From Gemmatimonadales bacterium (lineage in GTDB: Bacteria; Gemmatimonadota; Gemmatimonadetes; Gemmatimonadales; GWC2-71-9), in the NCBI GenBank assembly GCA_036002045.1, contig DASYTT010000095.1:3061-67060 (forward strand): 64,000 bases of DNA. The letters run 5' to 3'. This document shows, in pieces, positions 57,497 through 64,000 of this stretch (position 1 is the first letter of the stretch; each line of letters starts with the position of its first letter). A program made the translations under genes and the position numbers. A model generated the notes under the pieces. It was given only the letters and a program-made list of their open reading frames with translations, was not told the DNA's origin and made no database searches.

Positions 57497-57588
57497 GACG
57501 AAGGTCCTCGGGAAGCAGAGCCGACGATTCAGAATCGAGTCGAACACTACGCCGGCAGCGAGCCAGGGTTTCCCAACCAACGGCCGGT
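57484..57588. repeat. direct repeat copy A (~105 bp): relic 3' end of ICMT-like gene + leader + first codons of BNR gene
   Basis: 57484-57512 matches 60797-60825 at 28 of 29 positions. 57532-57572 matches 60848-60888 at 35 of 41 positions. Same order and orientation. Confidence 0.85.
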
Positions 57589-57636
57589 GCGCTGCAGCCA
57601 ATAAAAGTAAACCTCCCGCTGGTGGAGTTGTCGGAG

Positions 57637-60351
57637 CTACTCGTTTCTGATGGCCTGAGTGGGATCGACCGCGGTGGACCGCCGCACCGGAACGATGCTG
57701 GCGACGACCCCTGCCAGCGCCAGCACCAGCGCGGCAGCACCGTAAACGACCGGGTCGTGCGGCGAGGTCTCGTAGAGCAGGTCCGCGATCCCGCGTGATG
57801 CGATGAACGCCGCGACGCCGCCCAGCACCAGTCCGGCGATGACGGCGCGTGATGATTGCACCGCGACGAGCCGCACCACGTCGGCCCGCCCTGCGCCAAG
57901 CGCCATGCGGATGCCGATCTCGTGGGTCCGCTGCGACACCCAGTAGGCCATGACACTGTACAGCCCCACCGCGGCGATGAGCAACGCGATCGCTCCGAAC
58001 AGAGTGAACATGGTGGCGCCGAGCCGCCAGGGCTGAAGCTGCGGGGCCACGAGCTCGCTATACGACTTCACCTGCACGAACGGCATCGTGGGGGCGAGGG
58101 CTTGGAGCTCTCGGCGGATCGTCATAATGACCGGGGCGGGATCGCCCGACACCCGCACCAGGATCGCGCCCGGCAGCGCAGCCTGGTTCCCGGGGTGGCT
58201 CGGAGGGGAGTAGACGATAGCCCGGTCATCGTTGATCAGCCGGAATTGCAGCACGTTCCGTACGACGCCGATGACTTCCGAGCAGGCGCTGTCTCCGCCG
58301 TACTTCACGCACTGGCCGATCGGGCTGGCATGGGGCCAGAACGCCTTCGCAATCGCGTCGTTCACGATCACGACCCGCGCCGGGCTGCGCTCCTCGGCCG
58401 GCGTGAAGTCCCGGCCCTGCACGAAGCTCGCGCCGACCGTCGCGAAGAAGCCTGGTGTCACCGCCGAGTTGTAGGGACCGCCGCCCGGAAGGTCCGGTGA
58501 TTTGACGCCCGGTACGGAGAAGCCGCGCGCGCTCGCGGTGGCCATCGGGATCGTCAGCCGGACGACGGCGACGCTGGTCACGGAGGGGATCGTGCGGATC
58601 CGCTCGACCCCGCGCCGGTAGATGTCCTCGATCTGCACGGTGTCGAATCCGAAGCGGGCCAGGGGCATGCTGACCCGCAACACGCGATCGCGGTCGATGC
58701 CCACTTCGCGCGAGACGACGTTGTGCAGGCTGCGCACGAACAAGCCGGTACCCACCAGCAGGGTCACCGAGAGAGCGGCCTGGAGCAGCATCAGAGTGAA
58801 GCGCCCCCGTCCCCGTCCACCTGCCACCTGACGCGACCCCGCCTTGAGTCCCTCCGAAACCGCGGTACGCGTTCCCTCGACCGCCGGGGCCAGCCCGGCC
58901 AGCAGCATGCACAGCACGGTGATACCGAGCGTGAAACCGAGCACCCGCAGGTCCAGCACGGACTCGTCCCACACCAAGCCGGCCAGCAGGAGATTCTGCA
59001 CCAGGCGCGTGGCTCCGTACGCCATGGCAAGCGCCGCCGCCGATCCGACCAGCGCCAGCAGAGCCGCCTCCGTGAGGAGCATGCGGGCCAGGCGGGCGCG
59101 GCTCACGCCGAGCGCGATCCGCACGGCGATCTCGCGGCGCCGCTCGAGCGTGCGCGCGATGAGCAGATTGGCGACGTTGGCGCAGGCAATGAGCAGCACG
59201 ATGCCAGAGACGCCCAGGAGCCAGAGCGACACCTCGCCTTCGCGGCTGATGCCGTTGGGAGTACGCGTTGCGATAAGACCTGACAGCACGACGGAGCTGG
59301 TGGAGTCGCGCCACGACTGCTGCCACTCGCGCACCAGCCCGCGGTAGGCGGCCGTCGCCTGCTGGGCTGCCAGCTCGGGCGCGACGCCCGGCCGGACCCG
59401 CCCGATGATCTGGGCCCACCAGTTGTTGGTCGTATTGTGCCAGCCGGCACCAAACGCTTCGTTGCCGTACGCGCTGATCGGCACCCAAATGTCGACCTGC
59501 TGGCGGTCGATGCCGGCAAAGCCGCGCGGCGCCACGCCTACCACGGTAAAGATCTTTCCCTGGATCATGAGGGTACGGCCGATGACTTCGTCATCACCGC
59601 CGAGCTGCTGCCGCCACAGTCCGTAGCTCACGATCGCGACCGGCTCGCCGTCCGGGACCCGGTCGTCCTGGTCAGTGAACCCGCGGCCGACCAGCGGCCG
59701 GACGCCGAGCAGACGGAAGTAGTTACCGGAGACCAGCTGCACCGCGACGTTCTGCGCCTCGGCGCCGCGTCCCAGGCTGTATCCGCTCGGGAAGCCGTAG
59801 GCGGCGAGCTCGGAGAAGCCCGGCGCGCCGGCGCGCAGAGCGGTCAGCACCGGATAGGTGGTGACCGGATTGATGTTCGGCTTCCCATGGTTCATATCGC
59901 GATAGTAGATCCGCTTGACCGCGTCCGGTCCGGCGACCTGTGCCGGGGGGCGCAGGAGCAGCTGGTCCACGACGCCGAACATGACGGCGTTGGCCGCGAT
60001 GCCGAGGCCGAGCGTGATCGTAATGACCAGCAACAGGGCAGGGCGTCGCGCGAGGCTGCGCGCGCCGTAGCGGATATCGTCGCTCAAGGACATGAGCCGC
60101 TCCGTGTGGTGCTCGTGACCGACGCGCCGGCGATCGACGCGCGCGAGCTCGCGCCGGCTCTGCTCGACGTCACCGTATTCCGCGCGGGCGCGCTCGCGGG
60201 CTTCGCGCTCGGACAGGCCGAGCCGGATCAGCTCCTCGGCGCGCGCATCGAGGTGAAAACGAATCTCTTCCGCGACCTCGCAATCGACGGCACTAGACGA
60301 CCACGAGACGCGCAACACCCGCCGAATGCCGGGGATCCGGATCTCGCGCAC
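57637..60351 (-). CDS. ADOP-family duplicated ABC-type permease (TIGR03434 type)
   Basis: GTG 60351 lies 2 nt after the padR stop and gives VREIRIPG...EEIRFHLD, parallel to the 48126 paralog. Two FtsX-like halves. C-terminal RRSTAVDPTQAIRNE. Confidence 0.9.
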   Translation of the reverse strand: MREIRIPGIRRVLRVSWSSSAVDCEVAEEIRFHLDARAEELIRLGLSEREARERARAEYGDVEQSRRELARVDRRRVGHEHHTERLMSLSDDIRYGARSLARRPALLLVITITLGLGIAANAVMFGVVDQLLLRPPAQVAGPDAVKRIYYRDMNHGKPNINPVTTYPVLTALRAGAPGFSELAAYGFPSGYSLGRGAEAQNVAVQLVSGNYFRLLGVRPLVGRGFTDQDDRVPDGEPVAIVSYGLWRQQLGGDDEVIGRTLMIQGKIFTVVGVAPRGFAGIDRQQVDIWVPISAYGNEAFGAGWHNTTNNWWAQIIGRVRPGVAPELAAQQATAAYRGLVREWQQSWRDSTSSVVLSGLIATRTPNGISREGEVSLWLLGVSGIVLLIACANVANLLIARTLERRREIAVRIALGVSRARLARMLLTEAALLALVGSAAALAMAYGATRLVQNLLLAGLVWDESVLDLRVLGFTLGITVLCMLLAGLAPAVEGTRTAVSEGLKAGSRQVAGGRGRGRFTLMLLQAALSVTLLVGTGLFVRSLHNVVSREVGIDRDRVLRVSMPLARFGFDTVQIEDIYRRGVERIRTIPSVTSVAVVRLTIPMATASARGFSVPGVKSPDLPGGGPYNSAVTPGFFATVGASFVQGRDFTPAEERSPARVVIVNDAIAKAFWPHASPIGQCVKYGGDSACSEVIGVVRNVLQFRLINDDRAIVYSPPSHPGNQAALPGAILVRVSGDPAPVIMTIRRELQALAPTMPFVQVKSYSELVAPQLQPWRLGATMFTLFGAIALLIAAVGLYSVMAYWVSQRTHEIGIRMALGAGRADVVRLVAVQSSRAVIAGLVLGGVAAFIASRGIADLLYETSPHDPVVYGAAALVLALAGVVASIVPVRRSTAVDPTQAIRNE

Positions 60352-60353
60352 GA

Positions 60354-60701
60354 TCAGGCTGGTTGGGAATCGGTGGAGCGGAGAATCTTGGACACTGCGG
60401 CGACGTAGCGGGTCCAGTGCTCCTCGCGCGCTTGCAGCTGCTTCCTGCCGACGCGGGTGAGCTGATAAAAGCGGGCGCGGCGGTTGTTCTCCGAGAGCCC
60501 CCACTCACTCTCGACCAGGCCGCGCTCCTCGAGCCGGTGGAGCGCGAGATAGAGCGCGCGGTCCTCCACTAGGATCGCTTCGTCGGAAGTTGCCCGGAGC
60601 CAGCGCGCGATGGCGAAGCCGTGCCGGGGTCCCCAGGCGAGCGTGCGCAACACCAGCAGGTCCAGCGTACCGACCATCAGGCCAAGGTCATCCGGCTTCA
60701 C
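60354..60701 (-). CDS. PadR-family transcriptional regulator (TIGR03433 type)
   Basis: GTLDLLVLRTLAWGPRHGFAIARWLRATSDEAILVEDRALYLALHRLEERGLVESEW..RARFYQLTRVGRKQL. GTG start. Confidence 0.9.
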   Translation of the reverse strand: MKPDDLGLMVGTLDLLVLRTLAWGPRHGFAIARWLRATSDEAILVEDRALYLALHRLEERGLVESEWGLSENNRRARFYQLTRVGRKQLQAREEHWTRYVAAVSKILRSTDSQPA

Positions 60702-60796
60702 GTCGGTCTCCCCGGAGAGTCTCTGGGGAGAAGGTTAGTGCGCGATCCAACGGACCGCAAGCTCCGCCGACCACTCGAGCCGCCGCCGCGCTGCCG

Positions 60797-60905
60797 GCGG
60801 ACGGCGCGTGACGAAGGTCCTCGGGGTGCGGAGACACGGCAATGCGTGAATTGAGCGGAACGCTACGCCGGCAGGGAGCCCGGGTTTCGGGACCCCAGCC
60901 AGCGG
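60797..60905. repeat. direct repeat copy B (~105 bp): authentic 3' end of ICMT-family gene + leader + degenerate BNR-gene start (ATG to ACG)
   Basis: See copy A. At the position aligned with the BNR ATG (57494-57496), copy B has ACG (60807-60809). Confidence 0.85.
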
Positions 60906-61339
60906 GGAACTTGCGCCTTGTAGCGCAGCCAGGCCTCACCGTGCTGGCGGGCCAGCCAGGGCTCCTCGAAGCCCACAACACGCAGATGAAAAACCAGCAG
61001 CATCCCCACAGCGTAGATCCAGAGGCCCCGCGTGCCGAAACCAACGGCCCAGCCAAGCAGGATGAGGAATACCGCCAGGTACATCGGATTGCGCGACCAG
61101 CGATAGGCCCCCACGATGACGAGATTGCGCGGAGGTGACCAGGGCGCCAGCGTGCCCTTCCCGGTGACGTAAAAATCGCGAACGCACCAGAGCAGCAAGC
61201 AGCTTCCCACGCCGAGGGGAAGCAGGGCAATCAGGCGAAAGGATGGCCAGCCCAGAGCAGGCCGAAACAGGAACAGCGGGACGAGAAAGGCGACGGTGCC
61301 CGGGAGAGCGAGGAAGGCAAGCAGGGCTCGCGCAAACAT
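60863..61339 (-). CDS. isoprenylcysteine carboxyl methyltransferase (ICMT)/phospholipid methyltransferase family membrane protein
   Basis: ATG 61339 (MFARALLAFLALPG..). Signature GAYRWSRNPMYLAVFLILLGWA and C-terminal EEPWLARQHGEAWLRY. Confidence 0.8.
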   Translation of the reverse strand: MFARALLAFLALPGTVAFLVPLFLFRPALGWPSFRLIALLPLGVGSCLLLWCVRDFYVTGKGTLAPWSPPRNLVIVGAYRWSRNPMYLAVFLILLGWAVGFGTRGLWIYAVGMLLVFHLRVVGFEEPWLARQHGEAWLRYKAQVPRWLGSRNPGSLPA

Positions 61340-61355
61340 CACGGTGCCTCCCGAG

Positions 61356-63527
61356 TCAGCTTCCCGGATGGTACTCCCGCTCGGTGTGACCCTTGAGCTG
61401 CGTGCGATAGAAGTAAACCTCGCGAAGGTCGCCCTTGCTATAACGCAGCGCCTGATCATTGAAGTGGCGAGAGGCCGGATCACCGCTCTGCCCACCAGCC
61501 GTCACTGCGCGCGCCCGCACACTGTCGCCGAACTCCACCACGGCGACGAAGCTGTTACCGCTGGTGCCGTACCATTTCTTGGTACCGCGGTAGGCACGCG
61601 CGCCAAACGAGGCGAGCGAACCCCACCGCGCAGACGTGAAACCGACCGGAATGCTCGGCTCCGAGTCGTTGAACGGCTGGACGATAGCTCCGGTGAGGCG
61701 CTGGAATCGATTGATGGCACCCCAAGGAGTTTTCCAGCTTCCGAAATCGGCTTGGAGCTTGGCCGAAGCCGCGGCCAGCGCCTCGAGTCGCTCCTGCGCG
61801 GTGGCCCGGGTGAGCGCATAGTCGTGAGAGGACATCCGCGCCCTGGTGGCAGCCGCGGCCACTCGCTGCTGGAGGGTATCTGCCCAAAAAATGGCAAGCG
61901 AGGTTGGGACGGACTCTGCGGACCAGCGGAGATCCCAGCCACGCAGGAGCGCGATCGGCTCGGCCAGTTTCGCCTTGAGCGGATTTTCGGGAGCCGTCTC
62001 GGCGTACGCCTTGAGCAAGACGGGGAGCAACTCCTGAAATCCGGTGAGGTAACTGTCGTAGGCTGCCTCGATGAGCGAGCTCAAGGTGAAATCCTTCTTG
62101 TGCTCGAGCACCCGGATGGCATGGAGGCCCCGCGCGTTCTCTCCGCCGGATTCCATGTACTTCGGGTAGTCCGCCTGTTTCGGGCTGTTCGGACCAGCCG
62201 CCGAGTACGGCCAGTTATTGGTGTTGTAGAGCCACCCGGTGGCTGGGTTCAGCACGTTGGGGCTCTCATCAATAGAGTGAATCCCCTGCCACTCCGTGGC
62301 CGGATCGCTGCCGTCCACCGGCTTACTCCAGTCGAAGCGGGGATCCCGCTTGGGAATGAAGTTGGAGTGCAGGTACGCGATGTTGCCGTCCGCGTCGGCG
62401 AAGACCGTGTTGTTCGACGAGTTGGTGTGCAGTTCCATGGTCTCGCGAAAGGCCCGGTAGCTCGTCGCCTTCGTGCGGGAATAGGATTGCGTCAGCGCCT
62501 TCACCGGCTCTTCCATGAGGCGTACGCTGATCCATTTCCCGTCGGCCTCACGCACGATCGGCCCATGATGAGTCCGGTACACCGTGAATACCTGCTCGGC
62601 CATGCCGCTGGCGCTCTTATACGGCACGGTGAGCTTGCTCACGGTGAGTGGGCGCTCTGCTTTGCCGTAGCGGTAGTACCAGCCGGAATCCTTTCGCACG
62701 ACGGTCTCGAGGTACTCGTCGATGTTGTCCACCCCGCTCGACGTGTGCATCCATCCCGCCCGCTCGTTGAATCCCTGATAGACGAAGAACTGGCCCCAGG
62801 TCACGGCGCCGTAGGCGTTCAGGCCTTCCTCGCTGGTGACCTGGGCCTCAGCCCGGAAAAAGAAGGACGTGTGGGGGTTGATGAGCAGCAAGGCATGCCG
62901 CGCGCTGGTGTTCTGCGGCGCAATGGCGATGCCATTCGAGCCTGCCGGCTCCGTTTTCCAAGCGGTGTCGCTCGCCGGCGCCTCGTTCCCGGTGCGCTTG
63001 CCGTAGAAGGCCCTGAGCCGGGGTATGGAAATCGATTCGATGTCCCCGCCGATACTGCCTTCGCTGAAACTGAGCGCCATCCACGGCTCGAAGCGCTTGA
63101 TGACGCGGGGCGTGACGTTGGGATGCTTGTAGAGGTAGAAGTTCAACCCGTCGGCCCAGGCATCCATCAAGCGCTTCAACCAGGCTGGGCTGGTGGCATA
63201 CTTAGCCTTCAGGCTGTCGGGATCGATGAAGAGCTTCATGCGCAGATCGCGATAGATCGCGGATTCGCCCTCCGCCTCCGCCAGCCGACCCAGGGAGTTC
63301 AGGTAATTGGTCTCCACCCGATTGAAGTCGTCTTCGGCCTGTGCATAGATCAGGCCGAAGACGGCATCGGCATCGGTCTTGCCAGATATATGGGGAATTC
63401 CCCAGTCATCCCGGATGATGGTGATGTCCCTGGCCTGCCGCTCCCAGCGTGCAGCATCCTGATTGGCGGCTCTCACCTGGGTGCATGCAATGCCCGCGGC
63501 CGCGCAAAGAAGAACCAGTCCCTTCAT
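61356..63527 (-). CDS. penicillin-acylase (S45, Ntn-hydrolase) family protein, AHL-acylase-like, lipoprotein
   Basis: ATG 63527 gives MKGLVLLCAAAGIAC. Autoprocessing site context PAGSNGIAIAP (the Ser-Asn nucleophile that starts the beta subunit). Size is typical for the family. Confidence 0.9.
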   Translation of the reverse strand: MKGLVLLCAAAGIACTQVRAANQDAARWERQARDITIIRDDWGIPHISGKTDADAVFGLIYAQAEDDFNRVETNYLNSLGRLAEAEGESAIYRDLRMKLFIDPDSLKAKYATSPAWLKRLMDAWADGLNFYLYKHPNVTPRVIKRFEPWMALSFSEGSIGGDIESISIPRLRAFYGKRTGNEAPASDTAWKTEPAGSNGIAIAPQNTSARHALLLINPHTSFFFRAEAQVTSEEGLNAYGAVTWGQFFVYQGFNERAGWMHTSSGVDNIDEYLETVVRKDSGWYYRYGKAERPLTVSKLTVPYKSASGMAEQVFTVYRTHHGPIVREADGKWISVRLMEEPVKALTQSYSRTKATSYRAFRETMELHTNSSNNTVFADADGNIAYLHSNFIPKRDPRFDWSKPVDGSDPATEWQGIHSIDESPNVLNPATGWLYNTNNWPYSAAGPNSPKQADYPKYMESGGENARGLHAIRVLEHKKDFTLSSLIEAAYDSYLTGFQELLPVLLKAYAETAPENPLKAKLAEPIALLRGWDLRWSAESVPTSLAIFWADTLQQRVAAAATRARMSSHDYALTRATAQERLEALAAASAKLQADFGSWKTPWGAINRFQRLTGAIVQPFNDSEPSIPVGFTSARWGSLASFGARAYRGTKKWYGTSGNSFVAVVEFGDSVRARAVTAGGQSGDPASRHFNDQALRYSKGDLREVYFYRTQLKGHTEREYHPGS

Positions 63528-63573
63528 GACCGGCCTCTCAGAAGTGAGACAAAGAAACCGAAGGACACGCTGA

Positions 63574-64000
63574 TCAGCGGCCGCGGGCGATCGCCTGCAT
63601 GGTCCGACCCGTCGCCACCGAAGTCGTAGCCGTGGCCACGATGTCAACGCCGGGCCTGGCAAACTTATCTCGATGTTTGATGAGGAGCCACTGCGGTTTT
63701 GCGGGAGCGCCGCGCTTGATGCGCACCAGCACCCAGGAGCCGCGAAGGCGCTCGCCCTTGAGCTCGAATTTCAGATCGCCTTTGCGATACCCCTCACGCA
63801 ACGCCGCTTCGGGGTCGGCAACCGGCTCGGGATAGGTATAGGTCCCGCGATCCCACAGCATCACCGTCCCCCCGCCGTACTCCCCCGCCGGGATGGTCCC
63901 TTCGAACTGATTGTATTCGACGGGGTGATCCTCGACCTGCATGGCGAGCCGCTTCACTGCGGGATCGAGGCTGGGACCCTTCGGCACGGCCCAGCTCTTC
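63574..64000 (-). CDS. DNA ligase D 3'-phosphoesterase (LigD_N) domain protein, 5' end outside window
   Basis: ..[52 protein letters not shown].. is the LigD phosphoesterase signature. The frame is open to the window edge. Confidence 0.8.
   Translation of the reverse strand, partial: KSWAVPKGPSLDPAVKRLAMQVEDHPVEYNQFEGTIPAGEYGGGTVMLWDRGTYTYPEPVADPEAALREGYRKGDLKFELKGERLRGSWVLVRIKRGAPAKPQWLLIKHRDKFARPGVDIVATATTSVATGRTMQAIARGR

Noticed and set aside
60735-60810. Short ORF-like relic downstream of the ACG in repeat copy B, considered as a leader peptide for the padR operon.
   Set aside because: It has no canonical start codon, and I could not establish a consistent frame to a stop. It is more simply explained as the decayed duplicate of the BNR gene 5' end.

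Overview
GC-rich bacterial chromosomal segment, densely packed with about 44 protein-coding genes. I found no rRNA, tRNA, CRISPR array, transposase, integrase or prophage genes. Two PadR (TIGR03433-type) plus ADOP duplicated-permease (TIGR03434-type) pairs, a sortilin/BNR protein and PVC-type dehydrogenase architecture suggest an Acidobacteriota- or Gemmatimonadota-like organism; this is inference only. Many adjacent genes are joined by 4-nt stop/start overlaps: ATGA at 496, 3325, 14223, 30688, 31694 and 38310; GTGA at 16945, 19011 and 42607; TTGA at 31251. I used these overlaps to correct ORF-track starts and to infer operons.

Recognisable genes:
- Proteolysis: lon; FKBP isomerase; transglutaminase-like protein; two signal-less HtrA/trypsin-like proteases with a LuxR regulator; an S9 peptidase.
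- Signalling: two Ser/Thr kinases; an Hpt-REC-GGDEF protein.
- Envelope and transport: a Tat-signal alanine racemase; a cupin / Tm-1-like / TonB-receptor operon; a 2784-aa cyclic beta-1,2-glucan synthase.
- Other: long-form isocitrate lyase; penicillin/AHL-acylase family protein; a LigD phosphoesterase fragment.

Best candidate for an undescribed system: an 11-kb, eight-gene, overlap-coupled minus-strand operon (29873-40970).
- Its centrepiece is a single ORF that fuses a 12-TM MFS permease, via an intact internal signal peptide, to a periplasmic ThuA / beta-propeller dehydrogenase / HEAT module.
- That module lacks its usual cytochrome c domain. A separately encoded azurin-type cupredoxin follows it.
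- The operon also encodes a 6-TM Ser/Thr kinase, an outer-membrane barrel, a neutral ceramidase, a P-loop kinase-like protein and a SAM methyltransferase.

Second-tier observations:
- A PadR-ADOP cassette is bracketed by ~105-bp diverged direct repeats that duplicate a gene junction.
- A family of heptanucleotide tandem arrays occurs both in intergenic regions (as inverted arrays upstream of lon) and inside coding sequence.

All functional calls rest on motif recognition by eye. No database search was run.
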